A stretch of DNA of 64,000 nucleotides from Octopus sinensis (taxonomy: Eukaryota): positions 195,486,001-195,550,000 of the forward strand of contig NC_042998.1 in the NCBI RefSeq assembly GCF_006345805.1, given 5' to 3'. This document shows, piece by piece, positions 48,521-61,395 of the stretch. The notes beneath the pieces are model-generated. The model had not been told where the DNA came from. It saw only the letters and a program-made list of their open reading frames with translations, and ran no database searches. Numbering within the stretch: position 1 is the stretch's first letter; each line of letters starts with the position of its first letter. The translations under genes and the position numbers were made by a program.

Positions 48521-49194
48521 GACAAGCTGACACTGAATTATCTTCGCTGATTGACAGATGATGGTATCGTTTAGGGAATGCGTGGGTAGACACTATGCAC
48601 CTTCATTGGTCAGTTAAAGTTGAGACAGTGTCACGTGACAACTTGTTGGGGCTGCCTGCTGGAGCCTAGCAGCAGGTATTTAAAGGGAAATTTGACAAGA
48701 CAGTCAGCCGCCCGCTGACACTCATTGATGCTGCATTGAAGAGGCCAGGGAACAGAAGAAAGAAGGCACGCACCCAACACCAGAGCTGAAGACACCTCCG
48801 AAAGGTGGGGGCCCCGCCACGTCAAAATAGTAGAGGAGTAGGGGCCGAAACTGGACGTGGTTCCTCCTGATGATGTCTTGAGCTAACTGGATCCTATAAA
48901 GGAGCAGTTGTGGTAGCAGACCACGAAACACGGTTGAAATTCCTAATACAATGCACAAATTAATTCAACCGCTCACATTTCTTTAAATCATCAACATAGT
49001 TGCCATTATTGTTGTTTACTATCAAGCCAACATTGATTGACATGTCATCAAAAGCATTCATTATCTAATTAAAGTCTACCTTGAGCTCAAAACACTCATC
49101 AAACTGCAGCTGAACCCTCATCTCCATTGTGTTTAAGCAACTGATGTTACAAGACCCTTCTCTGGATTAAAATTAAAATTTCAACACATCATCA

Positions 49195-49440
49195 TCATCA
49201 TCATCATCATCGTTTAATGTCCGCTTTCCATGCTAGCATGGGTTGGACGATTGGCTGAGGGCTGGTGAACCAGATGGCTGCACCAGGCTTCAATCTTGAT
49301 CTGGCAGAGTTTCTACAGCTGGATGCCCTTCCTAACGCCAACCACTCCGAGAGTGTAGTGGGTGCTTTTACGTGCCACCGGCATGGGGATCAGTCAGGCG
49401 GTACTGGCAACGACCTCGCTCGAATCTTTTACACATGCCA
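49195..49440 (-). mobile_element. Family B repeat
   Basis: (CAT)n followed by the reverse core. Confidence 0.8.
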
Positions 49441-49681
49441 CTGGCACACTGGACTAGAAAAGGTTCATCAGTTATATTGTTGTATTGTGTATGTTCCATG
49501 ACCAAGCAGACAATTTTTCTCTCAGAATTGGGACCTAGCAACAAATACTTGCAGCAAAGTGGGATCTGCTAATGGTAACCAACAGCCAGATGTGTAGCTA
49601 AACCAAGTAATCGATTAAGTTTGCAAAGGTATACACAGCAGCATCAGCTGATGTGGAGTATTGTCAAAAGTATCATCTCAC

Positions 49682-49861
49682 CTTGTCTGTCTCGAAGATG
49701 TGAATGGATGTAACTGTCACTATGTGGAGACTGGACCACTCCGAATTCATTTTCATTTCCTCCAATATCAAAGATTGGAATGTTTGGGGAATTTCCATAA
49801 CTCAAAGACTTTGGTTGTCCGCCACTCATTTTGAAATCAGGAAATAACGAGTAAATGAAAT
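49682..49861 (-). CDS. Candidate symmetric (phase 1-1) 180-nt exon of gene 2 (FIYSLFPDFKMSGGQPK...HLRDRQ)
   Basis: Acceptor TTTTCTATTTAATTCTTTTACAG|AT, donor CAAG|GTGAGA, open and in frame with 48204. Confidence 0.5.
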
Positions 49862-49975
49862 CTGTAAAAGAATTAAATAGAAAATATGTATTGAAAATGA
49901 AAGAACAAGACATTTTGAGTATAACAACAAGGGTTTCTAATTAGACAAGGGACCACAAATTGCATAGAGGACTAC

Positions 49976-50305
49976 GGCGCTTGTGGTGGTTTGGTCATGC
50001 ATGTAGGCGTCCGGTGGGTGAACTGAGCCATGATGTCCTTCTCCCAACTCCACTTCCCAACTGGCAGAAATGCGTGGGCGGGCAGCTGAAGACCTGGGTT
50101 ACAACAATCAAGGAGGACCCCTCCGTGCTCATAGGACCGCAGGTGGTCGGCCTGCGCCGATGGAACCGTGACTGGCTTGCTATCTCCAGTGAACTGGCGC
50201 AGGACAGTCGTGCGTGGGCTGCCATGGTTCGAGATGCCTCAAGGGTGGTAGAAGAAGCCGACTCAACCCGCCCAGGGTGAATGTCGCCACAAGTACAAGT
50301 ACAAG
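49976..50305 (+). mobile_element. 5'-truncated RTE LINE with (CAAGTA)n tail
   Basis: Same family as 20881-21405. TSD TAGAGGACTAC at 49965-49975 and 50306-50316. Confidence 0.85.
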
Positions 50306-50838
50306 TAGAGGACTACTGTCAACAAAATAGCTCCTTGCTGCCTACTTTGATCTTAGCAAATCAACTCAAAATGTGAAAAGACATAACTACATATTTCAAG
50401 GAATTGGTTTGAAGCTCAACCAATAGTGCCTTTATTTTCACTTAATAATGATGGTGATGATGATGATGATGATGATGGTAATTTTTTGCCACAAGAGAAC
50501 AGTACAAAACAGGTTATATATAGTATAGGAGGTTTACATAAAACCAGATGAGATGAGAAGAAAAGGGAATAAAAGGTATAAATATTCGAATCATCATCAT
50601 GATGACATGGCTTCAAGGATCACACCTTCTTCCTGATACTTGTGGGTTTTCAGCTAGGGCTAATCAAGGAATTCAACAGATTCAAGACTGACCACCAAAG
50701 GCAAATGCCATCTGCCAACTGTTGTTGTCTGACAGGTATATGCTTAAATAGGCATTTTTTATTACTGGTTATTTTTGCCATAGTCACCCACCTTTTGACA
50801 AATTCATGAGAGGAGAGCAACTCTCTCTCAATACTCAC

Positions 50839-50904
50839 CTTGGAGAACTTGTAAAGAGCCAAGTTCTCCAAGGTAAAACTTGTAATGAGCCAATAAGACC
50901 TTGA
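50839..50904 (-). other. Candidate 66-nt phase 1-1 exon of gene 2
   Basis: Acceptor CTTCCCTCTTTAG|TC, donor CAAG|GTGAGT, open in frame (KVLLAHYKFYLGELGSLQVLQ). Confidence 0.25.
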
Positions 50905-51552
50905 CTAAAGAGGGAAGTTTATCTTTAATCCTCTTAACCATGTCCACCTCAACCTCTTTCATAATAGCCACCAGACAGTGGAAAGCTGCTTGCATGCCTG
51001 ATTAAAGGAGGGCAGTTTAATAATCTCCTCAATGGACTAAGTTGATTGCAAGACCTATAATCCATGCCAAAACAACAGTTTAACATAACTTTACAAGCCA
51101 GCAATGCCCACATATTAAAAAAGTGCATGCAGAATAGTTTTGTCATTTTGTATGTCTTGGACAGTCCTCTCTGATAGCACTTCTGTTGCTGAAGAGTTTG
51201 TCGCAAACTGACAATGTCCCTCAGTAGCACTGCCAGGTAAGGATTTCTGGAAGTTATCCATAGTAGTTCCCTGGTATGAAAATCCTCAAGAACAGACCAG
51301 CCAGTTTGTACTTGTCAATGGTGTCACTTTTTCCCACCACTATTCCACTATATTTCTACTAACATGGAACATCTACCCACTCTATATTACCCTTCTAATT
51401 AAAAAAATGGTGAACGTTTAGCAACATTCCAGATGCCAAGACACCCAGTATTTGTCATTTCTTGACCCAAAGACATGAGCCACAGAAAGTTAAAGTTGAA
51501 CCTAATGAAAATTGAACTACTGAAACAGTTACCACAATATATATTAACAAGG

Positions 51553-51781
51553 CGGCGAGCTGGCAGACACGTTAGCGTGCCGGGCGAAATGCTTAGCGGT
51601 ATTTCGTCTGTCGTTTACGTTCTGAGTTCAAATTCCGCCGAGGTCGACTTTGCCTTTTATCCTTTCGGGGTCGATAAATTAAGTACGAGTTTTGCACTGG
51701 GGTCGATGTAACCGACTTAATCCCTTTGTCTGTCCTTGCTTGTCCCCTCTATGTTTAGCCCCCTGTGGGCAATTAAGAAAT
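51553..51781 (+). mobile_element. SINE family E with head
   Basis: GCGAGCTGGCAGA..GTTAGC head, B box, conserved block and AAAGAAATA tail. Confidence 0.85.
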
Positions 51782-51934
51782 ATATATATTAACAAGGTCA
51801 CACCATCACTGCATTTATACAAAAAACAAATAAAAACCTCTTTTTACATTATACTTGAAACCTAAGAGAGGATTAACGATTCAGAAAAAAAAAACTGTGA
51901 CTTTCAACTTTTCCCCATTATTGTATATCATGTG

Positions 51935-52505
51935 AAGACCCGACAAATAACGCGAGTTCATGGCTGTTTCCTGCACCAGCTTCACAGAGAAGCCCCAGCC
52001 CATCCAAAGTGCCTTGGATCGCAGGACAGCCGACTGTGCTTACTTTGGATCATAGGGCGACCTGCTGTGCTTGAGGAGACCTATTGAGCCAAGTACATCA
52101 CCATCAACATCAAAAAATCAAATTGAAACTATAGTCGTGATACCTGTGCCAGTGGCACGTAAAAAGCACCAACCGATTTTTATGTGCCAGTGGCACATAA
52201 AAAGAACCATCCGAACGTGGCCGATGCCAGCGCTGCCTTGACTGGCTTCTGTGCTGGTGGCACGTAAAAAGCACCAACCGATTGTGGCCATTGCCAGCCT
52301 CCCCTGGCCCCTATGCGGGTGGCACATAAAAAGCACCCACTACACTCATGGAGTGGTTGGCATTAGGAAGGGCATTCAACTGTAGAAACACTGCCAGATC
52401 GGACTGGAGCCTGGTGCAGCCTCCTGCTTCCCAGACCCCAGTTGAACCACCCAACCCATGCTAGCACGGAAAACGAACGTTAAACGATGATTATGATGAT
52501 GATGA
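51935..52505 (+). mobile_element. RTE 3' UTR / family B variant
   Basis: GAAGACCCG start, tandem GGCAC(G/A)TAAAAAGCACC units, core and (GAT)n. Confidence 0.75.
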
Positions 52506-52742
52506 CATTTACAAGAAGAAGGTTGTATTTGGCAAACAGCTGCAAATTAAAACATACAGGATACATTCCATTGGAAACTGTTTTCCCATGTAGTGAGAAC
52601 AAAATACAACATTCCTTTGAAAATTGCTTGTACAGTTTGTAATTACTTTTGATATGCTATTATAAGAAAAGAATGCTCAAAGCTTTTTTCTTGATTCAAC
52701 AGAAAGAAAGGTCTTGCTCAAATGAACAACAACGTGACTCAC

Positions 52743-52788
52743 CTTGACAGAGCACAGTATGCTCCCCTCCTTTACAGATATAAATCAT
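52743..52788 (-). CDS. Candidate first coding exon of gene 2 (MIYICKGGEHTVLCQ)
   Basis: GAAATG start and consensus donor CAAG|GTGAGT in phase 1, in frame with the 49861, 50904, 48204 and 17500 acceptors. Confidence 0.45.
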
Positions 52789-53364
52789 TTCAACTTAAGC
52801 AGTGATTATAAGCTATATATCCTATGTCACACGCACAGTGTTTCGGTCAGAGAGAGTGGTTTTACAGCAACAGTCTACTGCAGCTTCGGCAATTAATATA
52901 AGTTACACATCCTTTGAGAGATTATCATACTGCTTAATCTTCCTCTATTAACTGATTTTAGTAACCAATCATGTTTCAACAGAGTGGATTTTCCAAGGTT
53001 TATTTAGCAACAGCGTCATACCTCTTTTGTCAGTAATCAACTTAATAACCACAAGCCTTACCAACTTCAGTATCTGTTACAAGTGACACACTCCAATGCC
53101 AGTTTAAAATGCTCACATCTACAGTCAAGTAATTAGTACCATACAAACAAATAGCCTTTATTTCCAACAAGGGGCTAAACATAGAGGGGACAAACAAGGA
53201 CAGACAAAGGGATTAAGTCGATTACATCGACACCAGTGCCTAACTGGTACTTAATTTATCGACCCCGGTAGGATGTTAATTTGTGTTCCAAATACCAACT
53301 TCAAAATCAATTGAAACAGATTGTTTTATATCAGATATATTGTAATAAAAGAGTTAAGCTGAAT

Positions 53365-53750
53365 CATCATCATCATCGTTTAACGTCCGTTCTCCATGCT
53401 AGCATGGGTTGGACGGTTCGACCGGGGATCTGGGAAGCCAGAAGGCTGCACCAGGCTCCAGTCTGATCTGGCAGTGTTTCTACAGCTGGATGCCCTTCCT
53501 AATGCCAACTACTCTGTGAGTGTAGTGGGTGCTTTTTACATGCCACCGGCACAGGAGCCAGGCGAGGCTGGCAATAGCCACAATCGGTTGGTGCTTTGTA
53601 CGTGCCACCGGCAGGGAGGCTAGTCGAGGCGGCGCTGGCAATGGCCATGCTCGGATGGTTCTTTTATGTGCCACCGGCGCAGGTATCACAACTACAATTT
53701 CCATTGATTTTTGATCGATCTCGATTTCACTTGCCTCAACAGGTCTTCAC
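53365..53750 (-). mobile_element. Family B long copy
   Basis: Reverse copy extending to CTTGCCTCAACAGGTCTTC. Confidence 0.8.
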
Positions 53751-55407
53751 AGGCACCAATTCACAGAATCTCTTTTTGTACCAGTTTTCCATTAAAAAGC
53801 CAGTTTATCTCGTTTCCTTCATCACCACAGGGACATTATCTACTCTAACCAATATGACACAGAAAAACTTCAATTCAAAAACACCTTGTATTTTCTATAA
53901 AACATGAACTGCTCAGTTGTGTTTACAAACACATTTGTAAACTTTTTTTTTTTGCATTAACACTATATAATTTTCAATGCTTGAATTATTTTCAAACCTA
54001 TAATTTCATACCTTTTAAATGAATATGTCACGTTCTATTACTTTGATGTAGTGTACTAGCCTAAACCACTTCTAGCAGTACGTGGAAAATATAAAACAAA
54101 ATACACATACTGTTATGCATATACATATACCTGTGTACATATATATGTACATGTATCAGTTTTCTTTTACATATATGTACAAAAAAATTTGAACTTAGTA
54201 CCTAGAGAGTGGTGGTGGTGGTGTAAAGAATTATTGTATAATATTTGTTGTATAGTATCTGAATAGCTTGCTTTCACATTGTTACAAAATTTGCAGTATT
54301 TAGGACAAGAGAATTGAAGTAGTGCTGGTCACAGTTTTACGAATGTCATTAATAACAAACAATGTTTTTTTTTTTTTAACATAAACATAATATAAACAAT
54401 ATACTCTATGGTAATTCATCTCTATACAATGACAATTTCTTTTACTTAACAATTAGTCATCATCATCATTTAGTGTCTGTTGTCCATGTTGGCATGGTTT
54501 GACTAGGACTGGCAAGCAGGAAGTCTGTACCAGGTTCCAGTCTGATTTGGTATGGTTTCTATGGCTGGATGCCCTTCCTAATGCCAACCACTCCAATGGG
54601 TGCTTTTTTGTCATGACTATGATTTTGCTTGGCTTCATGAGTCTTCTTCTTAAGCAAGACATAACAATTACATATTCAAACAAATTGAAGAAACTCATGC
54701 CAATGAGCAACCTCTATGTGGTTGATTGGCCTTTTAGAAATAGCAGCCAAATTTTTCTCAAATCACACTGCAATCTTGAAAAACAGAAAAGACACATTGG
54801 ACAACATACACCTTGATAATACTATGTCTGGATAAAAGTCAGTGAACATACTTCTATAATTATTCTCTCAGTGAACATACTTCTATAATTATCCTCTCAT
54901 CACCTCTCTGGTAGTATAGTGAAGTCTAGGCTTCACAAAGGAGGTACAATAAGATTGAAACATATCCAGATTCATCTCCCATACCTGCCAAAATGATTAA
55001 AATAATATTAGTCATTGAGCTTACACTATCTTTTCCTTATAGCATTAATATTTACTAATTAGATGCTTAACACTCACTGCATCAAGTGAGTAATGCTAAA
55101 TTATGAGAAGTACAAGTAGAAAGTAATTTCGAGATTAGAGAAACTCTGCCAAATCTAGAAAAGTCAATAATAATATGCTATTTATTGTAAATATAATTAC
55201 GTAAATCAATGGTCAGCCAAGTATTATTTATGCAAATCAGACCAACTGATTTAGTGGCTATAAATAGCTATAAAGCTACACATATCTCTCCATGGCTTGA
55301 ATAGGCAGGTGCATGACTTCTGAAGATGATCCCAACTAGGTTCAAAACTAGATGGTATTAATCTCATCCTACCCTGATTAAAATTTTCTTTCCAGTCCAC
55401 AGTTTAA

Positions 55408-55755
55408 CTTCATCATCATCGTTTAACATCCGCTTTCCATGCTAGCACGGGTTGGACGGTTCGACCGGGGTCTGGGAAGCCAGGAGGCTGCACCAGGCTC
55501 CAGTCTGATCTGGCAGTGTTTCTACAGCTGGATGCCCTTCCTAACGCCAACCACTTCTAGAATATAGTGGGTGCTTTTTACGTGCCACCCACTACACTCA
55601 CGGAGTGGTTGGCATTAGGAAGGGCATCCAGCTGTAGAAACACTGCTAAATCGGACTAGAGCCTGGTGCAGCCTCCATAGCTTACCAGACCCCGGTCGAA
55701 CTGTCCAACCCAAGCTAGCATGGAAAACGGACGTTAAATGATGATGATGATGATA
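55408..55755. mobile_element. Fold-back pair of family B copies (minus then plus)
   Basis: (CAT)n...GTGGGTGCTTTTTACGTGCCA|CCCACTACAC...(GAT)n. Confidence 0.85.
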
Positions 55756-57649
55756 TATATATATAATGTAGTTACACACACATATATACGACAGGCTTCT
55801 TTCAGTTTCTGTCTACCAAATCCACTCACAAGGCTTTGGTCGGCCAGTCTCTAGCAGAAGACACAATTATTTGTGTGTGTGTGTGTGTGTCTTTGTGCCT
55901 GTGTTTATCCCACACTGCTGCTTGGCAATCTGTGTTGGTGAGTTTATGTCCCTGTAACTTAGCAGTTCAGCAAAAGAGACCAATAGAATAAGTACTAGAT
56001 TTACAAAAAAAAATAAATAAATAAATAAGTCATGGGGTTAATTTGTTTGACTAAATCCCTTCAATGTGCTGTCCCAGCATGGCCACAGTCAAATGACTGA
56101 AACAAGAAAAAAGATAAAGATAAAAGATAATCCACCAGCCCAGAGCAGTCCAGATAAACCCAAATGTTGCTCAAAAATTATTAAGACATGTATGGTTTCT
56201 AGACTTAGAAGGCATGTTGCAACTGAAAATGTATATTAATGAAGCTGATAATTATAGAGAACAGGTGAGGTCAGTGATAAAGGTATTCACAATATTTCTA
56301 GTAATCCAAACTTAACTAAAACTGAATGCTTAAACATAGGTGATAATTTTATATTCAGGAAATTGTGCCAAAACTACCAGATGTCTCTGGTGAAGTGGTT
56401 CTATAGAATCACATAAAATGAAATAATTACATTGGATTAATTGCTCAGACTTCAAGATAAAGTGCATGGCAAGTGGTCCACCGTGTATAAGAGCAGTGCA
56501 TTGGAATCTATATGTTTTAGGCTCATCTACCTTGAAGGATAAATGCCAGCTTCACCTGTGATAATATGGGTTCAACATCCAAGAGATTTCTCTCTCATTT
56601 GTTTAACTCCATAAAACCAATGTGCTCTTTATGTGATGTTCACGTGGGATGAAGCATAGAATATATTTCTAGTAATTGCAATGACAATATAAATTTTTAA
56701 AATAGCCCTGATGACGAAAGAAATGACAATAGTGATGATAAAAGAGAAAGAACAAAAAAGTGAAATAAAGTTAAAAAAAATATCAATATCAAAATAAATT
56801 TGGAGAGTTTAGAATTCTACAAAAATGGAATTAAAAATTTAACAATAATGGGTTTAAGAATTCTATAATAGAATTTTATAATAATTAAATTCACGATTCT
56901 ACTGTAACAGATTTAAAAATTTGACAACAGAATTTTACAATTCAGCAATAATAGAATTTTGAAGTCCACAATAAAAGAAATAAAGAATTTTACAAAACTG
57001 AAGAATTCTACAATAACTGAATTTACAATAAATCAATACTAGAATTTAGAATTCTACAATGCAATTCTATAATTAAAGGAATTAGGAATTTACAGGCGGA
57101 TCCAAAGTGACTAGGAATAGTGTGTGTGTGTGTGTGTGAAAGAGAACAAAAACTAATTCAATAAAGTACACAAAATGTTTAGTCAAACTATAAATTTATT
57201 CTGTTCAATTGATAACAGAACACGGTTCAAAAACCAGAGGAGGACCTTAAGACAAATGAAACGGATCAGGGAACAAACAAGAATAAATGACATTCCCACA
57301 AATGGTACTGGGTCGGACATGTACAGAAGACAAGTAACAATTAGTAGATGCAAGAGTAAACAGACAAGATTCTACAAAACCACAAAAGACGATAAAGAAC
57401 AAAATAGAAAGTTGAATGAGATAAATTTTATGAAAAGCAAAGGCCGAGTCAATTGATGAGAATAATGAGCCGATAATTGGCATTCTGTTTTCAGAACCCA
57501 TGTCTTATTTAATGTTCTGATCTATTTATCACTATGGTGATAAATATCCAGTTCTTGATAACTGGATGAGCAACGATTGAGAGTGTAGATATATCCTGAC
57601 CTTGTTTATAGCTATTGTTGGTCAGTACCATTGCTCTGTCAATATTTTA

Positions 57650-57870
57650 CCCTTTCGTTACCGTATTCATTTTGAGATGCTCTGTGTTTCTTCCAATTAT
57701 TTTAAATATAACAAAGAATTTAGTAAAATAACTTAGTTATCATTCAGCTAGTGTTAGGAACATGAAATTGTGACTAAGGTTTGGTGGAAGATTTTAATTC
57801 AGAACTTATGAAAATGAAACATTTGTACTAGAGCCGGAGCTAGTTTCAGCCGGGGTTGGTAACAAAAGGG
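57650..57870. mobile_element. piggyBac-type MITE (reverse copy of 18439-18656)
   Basis: CCCTTTCGTTAC...GTAACAAAAGGG|TTAA. Confidence 0.8.
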
Positions 57871-57889
57871 TTAAACTGGTCAAGGTAGC

Positions 57890-58095
57890 AAGCTGGCAGA
57901 ATTGTGAACACATGGAGTAAATGTTTAATGGCATTTTGTTCATCTTTATGTTCTGAGTTCAAATTTCAATGAGGATGATTTTACCTTTCATCCTTTCGGG
58001 GTCAATAAAATAAGAACCAGCTGAGCACTGGGGGGTCGAGGTCACTGACTAACCCCCTCCTCCGAAATTACTGGCCTTGTGCTAAAATTAGAAAC
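57890..58095 (+). mobile_element. Diverged family E SINE with alternative tail
   Basis: Same head and central block, with tail CCCCTCC..AAAT..GGCCTTGTG. Confidence 0.65.
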
Positions 58096-58499
58096 CAATA
58101 TTTAAACTGGTCTAAACAGGAAATGTAATTAGATGCTGGTGAAGAGGAGGGGGTTGGGATTATGTGAGAGAGAGAGACGGTGAGGAAAGGATGGAGAAGA
58201 AAGATTATTCAAAAGTAAAAGAAGGAAGAAGTTAATAGAAAGCCAATTTGAGAGAGAGAGAAAGAGGGGAGATGATAATCAGGAAGTAACTGAGAGAAAG
58301 ACAGAGAAGGAAAAAAGAAAGAAATAAATAGAAATACATGGTGAGAGAGATTCACAGAATTAAGCCTGTCAAGTTTAAAATGACTAAATTATGCTGAGAG
58401 AGAGAGAGAGAGCATGTGTGTGAAATGCAACAACTATGCCCTCTCTGATAAGATAATGTGCTAGTCCATCAGAGATTAACATTCTCTGGAAGTGAGGTG

Positions 58500-59680
58500 A
58501 GCAGAATGCATTTGCCATATTCTGAACGCCTTGCTTCCCTGGGCATGGACACATTGAAACTCCGACATCTGGCAGCTGACTTGGCAGACACCCATAAAAT
58601 CATTAACCATCTAACAAACAATAACTCTGAGCACCTTTTCAAACTCCACCTGTCTAACATCCGTGGACATGTTTACAAAGTCAGAAAACAGCATAGCTCC
58701 CATGACTTTTGGAAACATTTTTTCACGGTAAGAGTCGCTGAAGCATGGAACAAACTGCCGGCATCAGTTGTTAGTTGTCGGAGCACTGCATCCTTCAAAA
58801 CATCCATGCTTCCTGAGATCCGCCAACACTACACCTGATTTTCTCCCCTCCATACACACACAAGCATGTATCTGACTCATACACTGTTCACTTCCCAGAC
58901 ATTTGTACATTACTGCATATGCTTTATACGCACTTTTGACAAGTTGTGGTGCACCTGAGCACTGTATACAATAATTTCGTTATTATTGTTATTATAACAC
59001 CTGTGGACATGTTTACAAAGTCAGAAAACAGCACAGCTCCCATGACTTTCGGAAACATTTTTTCATGCTAAGAGTTGCTGAAGCATGGAACAAACTGCCG
59101 GCATCAGTTGTTAGTTGTCGGAGCACTGCATCCTTCAAAACTTCCATGCTTCCTGAGATTCGCCATCACTACACCTGATTTTCTCCCCTCCATACACACA
59201 CAAGCATGTATCTGACTCATACACTGTTCACTTCCCAGACATTTGTACATTACTGCATATGCTTTATACGCACTTTTGACAAGTTGTGGTGCACCTGAGC
59301 ACTGTATACAATAATTTCGTTATTATTGTTATTATAACACCTGTGGACATGTTTACAAAGTCAGAAAACAGCACAGCTCCCATGACTTTCGGAAACATTT
59401 TTTCATGCTAAGAGTTGCTGAAGCATGGAACAAACTGCCGGCATCAGTTGTTAGTTGTCAGAGCACTGCATCCTTCAAAACTTCCATGCTTCCTGAGATT
59501 CGCCAACACTACACCTGATTTTCTCCCCTCCATACACACGCAAGCATCTATCTGACCCATACACTGTTCACTTCCCAGACATTTGTACATTACTGCATAT
59601 TCTTTATACGCACTTTTGACAAGTTGTGGTGCACCTGAGCACTGTATACAATAATTTCATCATTATTATTATTATTATTA
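58500..59680 (+). mobile_element. CR1 LINE 3' end with the terminal 340 bp in three tandem copies
   Basis: Units restart at 58996 and 59336 with AACACCTGTGGACATG. Confidence 0.9.
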
Positions 59681-60560
59681 TACACACACACAAAAAGAAA
59701 AGCTAGTGTCATATCTGAACATGCACCCTATGAGCAGATACAACCTTATCCACTCAGACAATTTTCTTTGGCAGGATACCCTTTCTTTCTATATATCTGT
59801 ATGTGTGTATATGTGTTTGTGTATGTGTGTCTGCTTACACACAGGCATAAACAACATGGCCAAAGGGAAAATACTGCATACCAAATACAATAGGGTCTCA
59901 CACAATTAACATGATAATTTGAAAAACTTCAATTAACTGAGATTTATCCATGCGATTAATAGGCAAAATTTCCTGGTAGGAATTCTTAAAATCTAAAAAT
60001 AGCTACGAGAGACAACTGCAATAAAATCAATTAACGGGAGGTCTAAGGCTAAAACCATGTTCATTGTTTTCAACAATTTTGCTGCATTTTCTGTATTTTC
60101 CAAAATTTCAATTAACTCACTTTATTGGAGTTATCTCTTTTGATTGTTTTAAAATTTAATCAACATTAGACAGAGGCTGTATAGATAATCTCAATTAATC
60201 AAAGCTTCTCAACCCACTTTGTTTCAGGTATGTGTGCTAGTGTCTGTTTGTCTCTCTCTCGTGCTCCATAAACACAAACACATACAACCCACAACCCATA
60301 CAAAAACGTTTGTGCTTATTCATACCAGCCTCCTACATGTACACACCCCTAACTGTACAAACACATACAAATGGGTACACATTTACGCCAGTGAAAAACT
60401 GAGAACTTGTAATGAATGTCAATGAAGCAAGTGGGAAGACTATGGTGTTGCTGTTGCTGCTGTTGTTACTTAGCCCTAGGCCTGGGTTGATTAAGTAACC
60501 CATGACTAAAAGCATTCCAGATGTGCCATCACATTTTATTTTTCATACATAACACATACA

Positions 60561-60727
60561 TAGGCGCAGGAGTGGCTGTGTGGTAAGTAGCTTGCTTACC
60601 AACCACATGGTTCCGGGTTCAGTCCCACTGCGTGGCACTTTGGGCAAGTGCCTTCTACTATAGCCTTGGGCCGACCAAATCCCTGTGAGTGGATTTGGTA
60701 GACAGAAACTGAAAGAAACCTGTCGTG

Positions 60728-60770
<43 letters not shown>

Positions 60771-60920
60771 ATTCATGTCCCCGTAACTTAGCGGTTCAGC
60801 AAAAGTGACTGATAGAATAAGTACTAGGCTTACAAAGAATAAGTCCTGGGGTCAATTTGCTCGACTAAAGGCGGTGATCCAGCATAGCCGCGGTCAAATG
60901 ACTGAAACAAGTAAAAGAGA
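60561..60920 (+). mobile_element. SINE family A
   Basis: Full head to tail. Confidence 0.85.
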
Positions 60921-61395
60921 GAAATATATTTTGTTCTACATTATCCAATTTGCCTGCTTTTTTCTAAGTTTTTTATTTTAAAGACAGTAGTATGATTTGA
61001 GATTTCAGCTGTTATATCTAGCCGGTTGAGTAACTTTATAAAGGTCTTCATTTTTGTTCAACTGTATGATGCTTATATGAAATGGTAGGATAAGGTACAG
61101 CAGTGAATCATGATTAACTAAGACAACATCTGCAATAACTTGGAAAACCATAAGAAACTTCAGATGTGTGATGATATACGAGACGACAGAACTGTTTTAC
61201 AAATGTCATTTGAGGTGAATAACCTTTAGTCTGAATGCTTAGTCTAAACATTGCTGAGAAGCAGTAAGACAAGGAGGTCACGTTAAGCTAACAGATGTGT
61301 GGCTCACAGTGCTTAGCAATACAGAACTGTATTCAATGATGGACTTCTATAGTTTCTTAGGCATATTGTGTATAAAAAAAAAGTGTGTATTGAAT

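Noticed and set aside
50650-51230. Two minus-strand ORFs that might be a transposase or host exon
   Set aside because: No motif that I can recognise. Only the 66-nt segment has splice signals, and it is listed separately at low confidence.
57175-57456. 93-aa basic plus-strand ORF
   Set aside because: Purine-rich, low-complexity composition with no motif or splice support.
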